Shown: piece after piece, positions 19,708 through 33,700 of the stretch | How positions within the stretch are numbered: the first letter of the stretch is position 1 | Layout: every line of letters starts with the position of its first letter | Assembly (NCBI GenBank): GCA_017645925.1 | Contig: JAGCNN010000255.1 | Location: 1-50,591 of the forward strand | Length of the DNA: 50,591 nt | Reading direction: 5' to 3' | From: Bacteroidales bacterium | GTDB taxonomy: Bacteria; Bacteroidota; Bacteroidia; Bacteroidales; ML635J-15 | Notes under the pieces: model-generated | Seen by the model: the letters and a program-made list of their open reading frames with translations, nothing else | Told to the model about the DNA's origin: nothing | Databases searched by the model: none | Translations under genes and position numbers: made by a program

Positions 19708-21612
19708 TCATTTATGCCAAATTACTCTTCTTTGTTCGTCGTACATGATTTTATGGTTTTCGAACAGCCATTTTATAACGTTGATTGTCTTTTCTTCGTC
19801 CTCGCCAACCTTGTCAATAAGGTCGTTGTACAGATACGGAGAGTCAGACAATAGCCTTTTTATCCTGTCCAGTATAATGTCAAATTCGTACTTGCTAAGC
19901 CCCAAGTCGTTGCGGCGGAGGCAGACATCACATTCACCGCAGCGGTCAACATCAGTTTCGCCGAAATATGCCAACAGCTGCTGACTACGGCACTTGTTGT
20001 CGCTTGTAGCATAACGCAGCATGGCCTCCATCTTGGTAACAACACGTTCCTTGCGAGTTTCGAGCGCCTTGCTATCGAAGTACATGTCCTTTTCACGTCT
20101 CCTTTCCATCAGCAGACGGATAATGGGCTTGTTTATTTTAGGTATGTAATTTATTATCCTCGACTTGGACAGCAACTTGAAATATTCATACACAGACTGT
20201 TCGGTAATACCTGCCTTGCGTGCAATATATTCCTCGCTGACGTTTACAAAATTAGTAAAAACGCCTGTGTACATTCTTAGTATCAACTTTATAAATTCGT
20301 CAAGGTTCTTATTTTCAATCTGGAACTTGTACAGGTCATCGCGATTGACATTAAACATTATCCTCGATACCGTATTTGTATCTTCCACATATTCAAGGAA
20401 TCCTGCGAACTCTAATGTTTTCAAGCAGTTGTGTATTGTAAGAACGTCAATATGCGAATGTGCGGAAAAGTTGAATATATCAAATGGGATATCCTGATTA
20501 GCACCGCCTTCGTAAGGCACTCCAAGATAGCTGCACACTTCGGAATAAACTTCCTTAACTTTTTGCAAATCGGGGAAAGTTGTGGTTATATTTTTCTTTA
20601 CCTGCGCCTTGTCGGTATTGTTGGTAAGCAAAAAAGCGTATGCCTTTTTGCCGTCCCTGCCAGCACGTCCTGCCTCCTGAAAGTAGGCTTCGGGCGAATC
20701 GGGCAAATCGAGGTGGATTACCAAACGCACATCAGGCTTGTCGATTCCCATGCCGAAAGCATTGGTACAAACCATTATTCGTATCTGGTTTTTCTGCCAA
20801 GCCTCCTGCTTTTCCGACCTTTCCTGCGCCGATAGTCCAGCATGGTAATAGTCGGCAGAAATGCCATATTGCTGCAAAAGCATGGCATATTCACGTGTTT
20901 TCTTGCGGTTTCGCACATAAAAAACTCCAGAACCTTGCACCTTGTTCACAATTGAAAGCAGACGTCTTATCTTGTCTTCGGTATTAATGACATAGTAAAC
21001 CAAATTCTTGCGTTCAAAGCTTTTTTGGAAAACGTTGTGTTCGGGAAATTTCAGTCTGTCCTGAATATCATCTACGACCTCTGGCGTAGCCGTTGCCGTA
21101 AGGGCAAGCACGGGAACATTGGGCAAAATCTCACGTATTTCAGCTATTTCGAGGTAAGGCGGACGAAAATCGTAGCCCCACTGCGATATACAATGCGCTT
21201 CATCAACCGTTATCAGATTGACATGCATCGACTTGAGTCTTTCGCGGAAATAAAAGTTTTTCAACCGTTCTGGTGACAGATACAGGAACTTGAAGTCGCC
21301 GTATGTTGCATTATCAACAGCCACCTCAATTTCGTGCTGCGTCATTCCCGAATAGATTGCCAACGCCTTTATCCCTCGTTTCTGCAAATTGGCGACTTGG
21401 TCTTTCATGAGTGCAATCAATGGTGTAATTACCAAGCATATACCGCTGTTTGCCATACTGAACACCTGAAAAGTTATCGACTTCCCACCGCCAGTAGGCA
21501 TAAGTCCAAGAGTATCCTTTCCTTCCGACACCGACTGGATAATCTCCTCCTGCGGATAGCGGAAAGCATCGTACCCCCAGTATTTCAGCAATATTTCACG
21601 AAACTGACTCAT
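19708..21612 (-). CDS. recQ: RecQ-family ATP-dependent DNA helicase
   Basis: MPTGGGKS, DEAHCISQWGYDFRP, ALTATAT, QEAGRAGRDG and Zn motif CR...CGECDVC. Start moved to ATG 21612 (MSQFREIL), supported by a TATCTTTG box at 21626-21633. Confidence 0.93.
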   Translation of the reverse strand: MSQFREILLKYWGYDAFRYPQEEIIQSVSEGKDTLGLMPTGGGKSITFQVFSMANSGICLVITPLIALMKDQVANLQKRGIKALAIYSGMTQHEIEVAVDNATYGDFKFLYLSPERLKNFYFRERLKSMHVNLITVDEAHCISQWGYDFRPPYLEIAEIREILPNVPVLALTATATPEVVDDIQDRLKFPEHNVFQKSFERKNLVYYVINTEDKIRRLLSIVNKVQGSGVFYVRNRKKTREYAMLLQQYGISADYYHAGLSAQERSEKQEAWQKNQIRIMVCTNAFGMGIDKPDVRLVIHLDLPDSPEAYFQEAGRAGRDGKKAYAFLLTNNTDKAQVKKNITTTFPDLQKVKEVYSEVCSYLGVPYEGGANQDIPFDIFNFSAHSHIDVLTIHNCLKTLEFAGFLEYVEDTNTVSRIMFNVNRDDLYKFQIENKNLDEFIKLILRMYTGVFTNFVNVSEEYIARKAGITEQSVYEYFKLLSKSRIINYIPKINKPIIRLLMERRREKDMYFDSKALETRKERVVTKMEAMLRYATSDNKCRSQQLLAYFGETDVDRCGECDVCLRRNDLGLSKYEFDIILDRIKRLLSDSPYLYNDLIDKVGEDEEKTINVIKWLFENHKIMYDEQRRVIWHK

Positions 21613-21701
21613 TATGTAGAAAAGGCAAAGATAAGAAATTTTGTGCTTACTCACACAACTTAATCAAATTACCCAACCACAAAAAAATGACCACTCGCCA
21701 C

Positions 21702-21736
21702 AAAAAAAATGGGCTGCCATGATGACAGCCCATTTT
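21702..21736 (-). terminator. Rho-independent terminator of the giant surface-protein gene
   Basis: On the minus strand: AAAATGGGCTGTCATCATGGCAGCCCATTTTTTTT, 15 nt after the stop. Confidence 0.85.
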
Positions 21737-21751
21737 ATAAAACACATCAAA

Positions 21752-24700
21752 TTAGTATAGTACCGTTACAGTTCCCTTGTATGCCTCGGTCTTCTGATAG
21801 AGGTCAACTATGTAGAGATAAGTTCCAGCAGGAACATGATGTCCACGATAGCTTCCGTCCCAAGGCTCATCATTACCTGTAGCCTTGTACAACATCTGAC
21901 CCCAGCGGTTGAATACATATATTGTTGCATCCGGGAACATTTCAATATTATCAATAATCCAAGTATCGTTTACTCCATCACCATTAGGAGTGAATACATT
22001 CGGGATAGTGATGCAGTCGCCAGCCATATCGGTAAGCATTATAGAAGCCACCTGATATGTACACTTGTTGGCATCCACTACGCTTATCGTATATTGTCCC
22101 TGACGCAGACCAGTAAGCAACGGTACATCGGTGTAATACGAATCCCAGCCGTACATATAAGGCTTGGTACCACCAGTTGCCGAAATCTCTATCGTACCAT
22201 CGTTGTTGCCACTACACGAAGGCATTGTTACATTGTACGACGACAAGAATTCATCAGGTTCGATAAGTTGAATTGTATTTTCGGACTGACAACCCTTTGC
22301 ATCAACAACTTCCATTGTATAAACACCTGCTGGCAAATTAGCCATATAATTACCGGTGAATCTGCTTTCGTTGAGAGTAACATTGAAAGTATAAGGCTGA
22401 TTACCACCTTCTGCTGTCAAGGCAATCGAACCATCGGACTTAGCGAAGCAGGAAATTTGCTTTACATCCGACAATAGCGTGAGCCTATCAGGCTGCGGTA
22501 TCTCAATAGTTTCAACCCTTGTACACATATTTGCATCGGTAACCGTGATTGTGTAAGAACCAGCAAGTATATTCTGCAGCATTGGCGATGACGCTCCATT
22601 ATTCCATTCGTATGTGTAAGGAGGTTCACCACGGAGTGCTACAACAGTAGCGCTAGCATCATTGTAGCCGAAGCAGGATGCACCTGTATTGGTTACTGAT
22701 ATTTCGAGTGTGTTAAGCTGTTCTATGCTTGTAGTAGCATTAGCCGAACATCCCCAGTTATCTGTAATGGTTACATTGTAGGAACCTGGCTGCAAGTTAG
22801 AAGCTATCATCGTAGTTGCACCTGTATTCCAAATATAGGAGAATGGTGATATTCCCGATTCGGCAACAGCCTGCAAGCGACCTGACGAAATATTGGTTCC
22901 GCAACCCGGCAATGCTACAACATCAATCCTTGCCGACAACGAACCGATTGCGCTAACTTGTGCTGATGTTGTTGCAGAACATCCGTTGCCATCGGTAACA
23001 GTAAGGTTGTAGGTACTTGGTGCAACTGAAGAAAGACGAGGACTTGCGTATGTCTGTCCCAGTGTATTAACCCATGAATATACATACTGACCTGCACCGC
23101 CAAATACATTTGCAGTAACAGTTCCACCAACAGAACCACAAGTTGCATCAGAAGCCGTTACCGAAACTTCAAGCAGAGGCGGCTGGCTTATAGTTGCATT
23201 TGCTGTAGCTGTACAACCATGGTCATCAGTAATCGTAACAACGTATGTTCCAGCAGGAACATTTACTATTGTCTGCGTATTCTGAACTGGCGATGTATTC
23301 CACGAATACTGGTATTGTGGAGTACCACCGCTTACTGTAACCGTAGCCGAACCTGTTGACATTCCATTACAAGCCACATTTGTAACATTTGTTGGCAATA
23401 CATTTGGACTCAAAGGTGTACCCTGTCCATTTATCGCTACAGATGAAGTTGCCGTACAACCATGTGCATCGGTAACAGTTACTGTATATCTGCCAGCGGC
23501 AAGGTTAGATACTGCCTGTGTTGTCTGCTGCGGAATTGTGTTCCATGCGTATGTGTAGTCTGGCGAACCACCGCTTACTGTTACAATTGCCGAACCGGTT
23601 GTCTCACCGAAGCAAGGCACGTCAACAGAAGAACCTTCGGCAAACGAAGCTGTAAGTTCGTAAGTCTGTCCCGATATTGTTACCGCTGCCGTTGATGTAC
23701 ATTCGTGACTATCAGTAACAGTTACAACATAGCTGCCTGCAGATAGATTTACTGCCGTCTGCGAATTCTGAACAGGAGATGTACTCCAAGTATATCTATA
23801 GTCTGGCGAACCACCTTCAACATCAACTCTTGCCGAACCAGTTGACTGACCGTAGCAAGCCACATCGGTAATATTGCCAGCAGCAAAGCTTGTTGTCAAC
23901 GGTGAAGACTGGCCTTCGATTACAGCAGTAGCAGTAGCCGTACATCCGTGAGAGTCAGAAACAGTAACCATATATTCTCCTGCAAGCAAACTTGTAGCAG
24001 TTTCGGTATTCTGTTCGGGAGAAGTACTCCAGTGGTATGAATATACAGGTGAACCACCTCGAACTGATACCATTGCCGAACCTGTAGCCTCTCCGTAACA
24101 AGCCACTGGCAATACAGATTCAATTGATGCCACAAGCAGAGCACTCTGACCTTCGATAGTTGCTGCCGAAGTTGCAGAACATCCCTTGGTGTCAGTTACA
24201 GTTACCGTGTATCTGCCAGCAACAAGGTTGGTTGCATTTTGCGTTTCCTGAACAGGAACTGTATTCCATGAATAAGTGTATCCCGGAGTACCACCCGTTA
24301 CAGAAACTGATGCAGAACCAGTACTTTCTCCAAAGCAAGCCACATGAACAACCGATATTGATGGAATTTCAAGTTGTGGAGGCTCTGAGATTGTTATGTT
24401 TACATTCGATGTACATCCATTTGCATCAGAAATTACATAACTATGAGCACCTGCATATTCAACTCTCTCTCCTACTCCAGTATAAGGAACAGTACCACCA
24501 ACACCTGTTATTGTCACGGTAGATGTCTGTCCTGCACACATTATCTCGGTGAACGAAACATTGTGAGTTAAGGTCTGAGGTACTACAGCATGTCCAACTA
24601 TTTGCGCTGTGTTTCCACAAGCATCTGTAACCGTAATTGTAACATCGGTATTGGTACTTATCATATTTGCAGTTCCTGCTTCAAGAGACTGAACTATTGT

Positions 24701-27700
24701 TAGATTATCCCTTGTGGTACAGTTATCCGAAGCCATTGCGCGAACAACTTCAGTAAAGTCTGGAAGCGGATAACGGCAATTTGTTCCGCTTGTAACATTA
24801 ATAGTAGGAGCCAAACCTGTAATCACAGGTGCCACATTATCCATTATTGTTATGGTCTGAGTACATATTGCATGGTTTCCAGGTATATCATCTATCTGAT
24901 ACGTTCTGGTTATTACCTCCGGACATGTATTTCCATCCGATTCCTGACTCAACAAAACGAAACTTGATTCGTCAATACCATTCGGGTCGTATGCAGAACC
25001 ACCGGCAGTAACAAACTGCTCGTATGTCTGATATGCAGGAGGTACATCATTGATACATGTAATATTCTGTATTTCTGGAGGACAGCTTATACCAGGAGCA
25101 ATTATATCCAAAACATTTACCACGAAGGTACATGTATCTGTCAATCCATACATATCTGTTGCCACCCATGTAACAGTAGTTTGTCCAAGATTGAAACGCT
25201 GTCCATTCAAGGTTATAGGTGAACCGTCAACTGATGTCGTTGCTCCACTGAGAGAGTAAGCTATAGATGGAATTCCTGAATTATCATTAGCGGTTACATC
25301 CCACTGAGTACCCTGATGCTGATAATATGTAAGTCCATCCGGAGTATATACAGTTACAATGTCATCACCGCTGGTAATACTTGAACAACTTATACCTGCT
25401 GTAGGATCGAAAGGATTGTCAGGATCATCTGGGTCACAGCCGATAATAGGAGGATCATCATCCGAAACAATTACTACGAAAGTACATTCACTTGTATTTG
25501 GTGGAGTGCTTACATCGGTAACAACCCAAGTTACAACTGTTCTACCAATGTTGAATTGCTGTCCGTTGAGAGTTGTCAAACCTGTTGCGGTTGTTGCTCC
25601 GCTAAGGTTGCAAACAACAGATGCTATACCAACATTATCGTTTGCTGTAATATCCCAGTTGCCATTTTCTCCACTATTATAATGTACATAATAGTTTACA
25701 TATTCCGATGGATTCAAAAAGTCTGATGTTCCAACATTGATGGTCATATTTTCACCATCAGCAAATGCAACTATACTTTCACAGTCTCTTCCATCAGGAT
25801 CGTCATCATCAAACGGATTGTTTGGATCATTCGGATCACAGCCGATGCATGGATCTTCGTCATCAACAACGGTTACTGTGAACGAGCAGGTTACTTCCTG
25901 ATTTACGCCATCGGATACGTGCCAGATAACGGTTGTCTCGCCTACGTTGAAGTGCTGTCCGTTAAGTGTAGTGTTTGCACCCTCTACTACGGTAGTTGCA
26001 CCTTCAAGCGTGTAGTGAGGATCACCTGCTACGATAGCAACGTTGTCGTTTGCATCAACATCCCAGTCAATGCCTGTATGCAAATAGGTATCGGAGTGTT
26101 CATCCGTGCCAACCTCGAAGCTAAGCTCGGTCAAGTCGCCGTTCATCGCGGTAACTATGCTTGCACAGCTGATGCCAGAGTTCGGGTTGAACGGGTCTGG
26201 ATTGTTCGGGTCAGGGTCGCAGCCAATGCATGGCGGCTGGTCGTCAACCACGGTGATGGTGAACGAGCAGGTCACTTCCGTATTTACGCCGTCGGATACG
26301 TGCCAAGTAACAGTCGTAGTTCCTACATTGAAGTGCTGTCCGTTAAGTGTCGTGTTGTCGCCCTCCACTATGGTAGTTGCTCCCGATAGCGTGTAGTGCG
26401 GGTCGCCTGCAACGATGGTCACGTTGTCGTTTGCGTCAACGTCCCAGTCTTCGCCAGTATGCAGGTAGGTGTTGACGTCATCGTCGGTACCGACCTCGAA
26501 GCTGAGCTCTGTTAAGTCACCGCCCATCGCGCTGACTATGCTTGCACAGCTGATGCCCGTGCTCGGATCAAACGGGTCGGGGTTGCTCGGGTCGGGGTCG
26601 CAGCCGATGCATGGCGGCTGGTCGTCAACAACGGTGATGGTGAACGAGCAGGTCACTTCAGTATTTACGCCGTCGGATACGTGCCATGTAACGGTCGTCT
26701 CGCCTACGTTGAAGTGCTGTCCGTTAAGCGTCGTGTTGTCGCCCTCAACTACGGTGGTCGCTCCCGATAGAGTGTAGTGCGGGTCGCCTGCAACGATGGC
26801 AACGTTGTCGTTCGCGTCAACGTCCCATAAATAGTCCAAATGCTGGTAGGTATTGGCGTCTGTGTCGGTGCCGACCTCGAAGCTGAGCTCGCTTACGTCA
26901 CCGCCCATCGCGCTGACTATGCTTGCACAGCTGATGCCCGTGCTCGGATCAAACGGATTAGGATCATCCGGGTCGCAACCAATGCAAGGATTCTCGTCAT
27001 CGGTAACGGTAACATAGAACTCACATGTAGATATATTGTTAGCATAGTCAACAGCCGTCCATACCACTTTTGTTGTTCCTATATTAAAGTTCTGTCCATT
27101 CAATGTAGTATTTGGACTAACAAGTACTGATGGCACCGCACAGTTAACATTATCGAGTTCGTATGTAACTGACATTACTTCAACATTATCTGTTGCTGTA
27201 ACATCCCAAGAATCGTTATTATGGTGATAATAGCTCAGATGTTCGGAAGTAGAAACACTTACTGTATGTTCTGTATTAGGAGCAATGTCATTACAGCTTA
27301 CACCCGGGTCTTCATCTGTTGGGTCGGGGTCACAGCCAATACAAGGAGCCTCGTGGTCGGCAACCGAAACTGTGAACATACATGTTGTCTCATTATCAAA
27401 TCTATCAATAGCATGCCATATAACTGTTGTAAGACCGATATTGAAAATCTGTCCTTCAAGAGTTGTATTGTCACCAGTTACTTCTGAGGTATGTCCTTCT
27501 AATGTATAAAATACCCGCAACCCGTCTGTACCAGTGTTGTCATCAGCATCAACATTCCAGTTTGCAGTCCAGTTTGAAGTCAAAGTCGGGTCTGCAGGGT
27601 CAGTAGGCGCAGTTTCATTATTATGATGTACGTAGTATTCAAGACCTTCGGTACAATCTCTTACTTGGTTTCCTATAGTTGTACAACTTATACCAGTTGG

Positions 27701-30700
27701 ATTCTCAGGATTATATGGATCGGGATCGGTCGGGTCGCAACCAATACAAGGAAGCTCGTTGTCCTCTACATTCACTATGAACGAACAAGGCACGATAAAG
27801 GTTCCATCAGACACATACCATGTAACCAATGTTGCGCCAAGCGAGAATGTAACTCCATCCAAGGTTTCAAAGCCTGGTTCACTAGGAATCTCAATGCCTG
27901 AGCCTATTACCACATAATCACCCAGTACATCGTCATATACGCTAAGTACGCAAGTTCTTGATACAACAGCTACATTGTCGGTTGCTGTTATATCCCAAGC
28001 TGTACCGCTATGTGTATAAGTATCTACGTAGGCTGGAGATGTCGAAACTGTTATTTGGTTTTGTCCACTAATTACTTCTGTAAAGCTTTCACAGCTAATT
28101 CCATTGACATTAGGATCATTCGGATCTGGGTCACAGCCAATGCAAGGCGGCTGGTCATCAGTAACTATCACATCAAACGAACAATCAACTACATGGATAC
28201 CATCAGAAACATACCATGTAACCGTAGTAGTACCAACGTTGAAATGCTGTCCGTTAAGAGTTGTATTTTCACCATCAACAACATCGGTATCACCACTTAA
28301 TGCGTAATACGGATATCCAGCTACTATACCAACATTATCATTGGCATCAATATTCCAATCATTACCACTATGTGTATATGTGTTTTGTCCTGGGTCGGTA
28401 ACAACTCTCACCTCACCAGTATTATCAGTAATGCTTTCACAGCTGATACCATGATTCGGGTTAAACGGATCTGGATTGTCGGGGTCCGGATCATCAGGGT
28501 CACAACCGATGCAAGGTGGCTCGTCATCAGTTACAATTACACTAAACGGACAAGTCTCATCATTGCCACACATATCATATATGGTATATGTAACATCTGT
28601 TTGTCCTAATGGATATGTTCCACTTGCATTAGCCGTATTAGTATGATCATTTATGTAATAATCAATTGTACAGTTGTCAGACATTCCTGTTGGCAACGGC
28701 ACTGTAACATCGGCAGTGTTTACATGCGAATCGGTGCTTACAGAAATTGGAGAAGCCGGACATGTGATTTGTGGATTTTCATCATCAACCGCCGCGAATG
28801 TTACGGAGCTTTCAGCCGTACATCCGTAGTCATCGTTAACCGACAAAGTAATATTATAGGTATGGCATCTGCCATCGCTTGCGATAGTTGCCTGGTCGGG
28901 ATGTCCGTCAACAGCAGTTGCAGTGGTCCACGAATATGTATAAGGTGCTGTTGCTCCCGAAACGAGAGAACCAAACTCATAGTCGCTGCCACTTGCTATT
29001 GGGCAGGTGTTGTTTGTTGGAGTTGTTATCGATGCCGACAATGTCTCGGGTACGTTAACCGTAATTGTTAAATTATCCGTGTGTCCGCATTCATCAGAAA
29101 CTGTTACTACAACATCTTGACTTGGTCTTGCTGTAATTACTGCTCCAGCTGTCTCACTTTGTGTAATTACCAAATCACCTCTTGAACATGCATCGCTTGT
29201 ACTTACCAAAGTCGTAAGATCCGGGAATGTGAACTTACAACCATCTATTGGTACTGCATCCACACTTGCATAACTTGGATCAATCAGACTAATTGTCGGA
29301 ACTGTTTCATCTGCCACGGTTATTACCTTTTCGGCAAGCTCCGACTGGCAGTGGTTTGCATCCTCAACCTGCAACTTCAAAGTGTAGTCGTGCGAACAAT
29401 AGTCGTTTGGAACGCTAACAGTTGCCGTTGTCGATGTAACAGTTGTAGCATCACTTATGCTTGGTTCGGTTGATGCAACGGCAAACGAACCGTCGTTTGT
29501 CCAAGTGTAAGTGTATAAAGGAGCCGGTGTTGCAATAGGATTAGTATAAGTCAACGTAGCTTCTATTTCAATGCTTCCTGCCGAAGGACATACTGGCTGA
29601 GTAACATCACCCAAAGTTACAGTAGGATTCGGATGTACAAGCAATTCAACATAGCCTTCCACCTCACAACCATTTTCGGCAACAATGTGCTGAGTATATC
29701 TGTGAGTTGTGTAATTTGTAGGTCTTACATTAAGTGTTGCTCCATTCGTTCCGCTAGTTATTCCAGCATTTTCTGTCGGGTCAACAGTCCATGAGTACGA
29801 AGCAATATCAACTTCATTGCCAGCATTGACCACTGTAAGAGTGAGCGGCAATTCCGATTCGCAGACTACGGTATTAGTTTCAGCCGTTATGCTCGGAACC
29901 GGACGGTTGCCTATGGAAACTTGAGCCGTCGCTATACAATGATGGTCATCTTCAACCGTAACTGTATAAGTGCCAATAGCAAGTCCTGTTGCAGTTGCTA
30001 AACTCTGTACTGGGTCTGTATTCCATGTGTATGTGTATGGACCTGTACCATCGTGAGCAACTACTGTAGCCTCTCCCACTGCCTGACCTGTACATGAATT
30101 TGTAACATCATTATCGGTATCAATTGTCGCAGTAAGAGTTACAGGCTGAGTAATGTTTACTTCCTCTGTTGCCGTACAGTCGTTGCCATCGCGTACATAT
30201 ATATTATAGGTATGGCTATTTACTGGATGTGCATCGGCAGCAAGACCTGTAAATGTGTATTGTGCATATTGTTCCTCACCACGCGAATCGTACAGAGTTG
30301 CACCATTGTCGCTGCTGAATACATAATAGTAAGGCTGTGAAGCCGGTCCATCGCTGTATGGAGTTGGATTGTCAGTAGATGGAGTTGTTACCAAAACAGT
30401 TATTTTTCCATCGTCTGCACCATAACACGACACATTCTTAGAAGTAACCTCTATAGTAGGATTTACCTTTTCCACGATGGTAACGCTGCTTGTTGCCGTA
30501 CAGCCCGCGCCATCGGTAACAACAACCGAGTAATCACCACCTGTAAGGCCGGATATTGTAGCAGAAGTTGCGGATGTATTCCATTCGTATGTATATGCAA
30601 GAGATGAGCCAGGATTTCCACCAGCAGGAGTTGCTGTGGCAGTACCTATGTTGCCAGTTACGCATGACTGGTGAACACCTGTTATCTCTACTGTAAGCTG

Positions 30701-33700
30701 CGGACGAATGATTATCTCGCCGCTTAATGGAGGATTATCACATGGGGAGATTGCTCCAGTGGTCTGTACTGTATATCTATAAGTTCCAGCTACCGGAGTT
30801 GTGCCTTCCGTGATTGTCAAGGTCTTTGCTGACGGATCTACAGACCACGACAAGCAAGTTGATTCAGGAGCTGTTTCTGTCCACGTAAGGGTTGCGCCAT
30901 CAGCACCGCCACTGTAGGTATATACTATGTCGGTTAGAGTTTCATCGAAGCACAAGGTCTGTGATGGCGCGCCAGATGTATGCGTAAGTATTGCAGTCGG
31001 GTTGACGGTAAGTGAAACTGTTCCCGATACAACGCAGCCGTTCTCAGCCGTTATAACATCGGTATAGACGTAGGTTACTGGTTCTTCGTACGGACTTATT
31101 CCTGTCGGGGTTACTTCGAGCGATTCGGCAGTAAGGTCGGACGGCATGCCTGCACCAGTTGTCGGTGCAACACTCCACGAGTGCGATGCTATATCCACAT
31201 CGTGGTTGTTAAGTATGCTGAACTCGCGAGTCGAAGAAGACAAGCAGACTGCATCGGCAGTAGTGCTGACATTTATGTTCGGTACTGGACGGGGGTCAAT
31301 TGTTACTGCATTTGTACCAATACAACCGTATGAGTCGGTAACTGTTACATTGTAAGTGCCAGCGGCAAGACCACTTATCTCTTGGGTTGTCCTTGGTTCA
31401 TCCCATGGATTCGTGGCTTTGTTCCATGCGTATCTATATTCTGGGTACGGAGCGACACCTATTCTTCCGCCATTGGGCGTTACAGTAGCAACACCAATCG
31501 CCTGACCTGCACAGTCTTCCGTTACTACAGACGGAGTTGCTGTAACTAGTGTCGGTTGCCATACTTCTACCCCACCGCTTACTGATGCCGTACACTCGTG
31601 TGAATCGCTTACAACAACATTGTACGTTTGCGCCAGCAAATCTGTGAATTGAGCCGTAACAGAAGTATTGCTGTTGCTGTAGTACGTGGTGTAGTTGCTT
31701 CCACCATCAATGCTGAACTGGTAATAGTAAGGTGTTGACGGATTTGTACCATTGTCATAGATTGTTCCACCAGTTGCAACAAGTGAGAACCCTCCGTCGT
31801 CGTAGCCGTTACAAGTTGCTTCGGTAACTGTTCCCGAAAGTGCTACTGTAGGAACCGGATATATTGTAAGAGGTACGCTTGCTGTAACTACACAGCCGTT
31901 AGATGCTGTGATAGAAACCGTATAGGTATGTGTGCCTACCGCTGGAGTTACAGTAACAGTTGCGTCATCAGAACCAGCCGGCAAACCTGCATCGGTAGAA
32001 CTTGCGCTCCATGCATAGGTTGAACCTGTTCCGCCATTGCTTACTACAAGTTCGGTTTCATTGTCGTATAAGCACTTGTCTGCACGACCTGTAACATCAA
32101 GTGAGAAGTCTGGTACTGGACGTGGTAAAACTTCCTTCGAAGTTGTTATCGAACAGCCGTTGCCATCGGTAACTACTACCGTGTACATACCAGCAGACAG
32201 CTCGTTGATGCTTGCTGTTGTTGCGCCTGTGTTCCACGAATAGGTGTATTCCGGGTTTGGTGAAGTGCCAGGGGTTCCGTGGTCTGCCGTTACAGTAAGC
32301 GCACCAACCGACTGTCCCTGACAAGTCGGTATGGTATTGGCGTCAGTAATCTCGGCTGTAACATAAGTGTCAGGCTCGGTAACATGAGGCGTAGCGGTTG
32401 CAACACAGTCGTTGCCGTCTCGTACATATATATTATAGGTATTTGCTAAGAGGTTCGGGAAACTATGTACATAATAGTCGTCTCCCGATGACTGCTCTGT
32501 ATTTGAACCGCCGTCCTTGCTGAACAAGTAGAAGTAAGGTTCAGTTGTTGTACCTTCACCGTAAGGATTGCTAGTACCAGCATTTGTTCCGTGGTTGGTT
32601 ACTGTTACCTGTATAGCACCAGTGTTGAATCCATGGCAAAGAACGTTGGTTACGTCAATGCTGATGCTCGGGTTGGTCTTCGACTCTATGGTCACGCTGC
32701 CAGTTGCGGTACATGTGTTGGCGTCGGTAACCACTACATTGTATGTGCCACCTGCAAGTTCATTGATAGACTGAGTGGTACGAGGTGTTGGCGTAGTATT
32801 CCAAGAATACTGGTAGTAGGTATCTGGAGCCGTACCGAATGGCTTGCCTCCTGCTGGATGTGCAGTAACAACACCAATGTTGCCTGATACGCACGACTGG
32901 TGGTCGCCGGTGACAGTTACCGTAAGCTGCGGACGGATGATTATTATTCCTTCATAATAAGGATTGCTACATGGAGATACAGCACCAACAGCATCCACTC
33001 TATATCTGTAGGTGCCTGCTACCGGTTCGCCACCTTCGCTTATAGTAAGCGTATGCGTGGTATTGTCGATTGCATAGCTAAGGCAGGTTGATGCTGGTGC
33101 AGGATCCCCCCATGTAAGGGTTACTCCACTTGCTCCGCCGCTGTACTCGAATACTATCGGGACGAGTGTCTTCTCGAAGCACAAGGTCTGGTCTAGGTCG
33201 CCAGATGTATGGGTTAGAACAACTGTCGGGTTGACGGTAAGTGAAACTGTTCCCGATACAATGCAGCCGTTATCTGCCGTTACAACATCGGTATAGACGT
33301 AGGTTACCGCTTCTTCGTACGGACTTATTCCTATCGGGGCTACTTCGAGCGATGCGGTAGTAAGGTTGGACGGCATGCCTGCACCATCTGTCGGTGCTAC
33401 ACTCCACGAGTGCGATGCTATATCCACTGTGTTGGAGCTGTTGAGTATGCTAAATGAGCTGGTCGATGAAGACAAGCAGACTGCGTCGGCTGTTGTGCTG
33501 GCATTGATGTTCGGTACTGGACGGGCGGTGATTTCCTTCCATGCCGTTGCAGTACAACCTTGTGCATCCGATACCGTTACTTGGTAGCTGCCAACTGGAA
33601 GGTCGGTTATAATCCGTGTATTTCTGTTTGGATCCCAAGTTGGTGTCGGATACGTGTTCCATGCATAATTATAATAGGTATCAGGAGCTGTACCGAACTG

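Noticed and set aside
21677-21711. Short direct repeat CCACAAAAAAATG x2
   Set aside because: Low complexity and partly the terminator T-tract; no further support.
25864-33526. Diversity-generating retroelement template/variable repeat pair
   Set aside because: The repeats are in-frame coding duplications within one ORF, differences are not confined to adenines, and there is no reverse transcriptase in the window.
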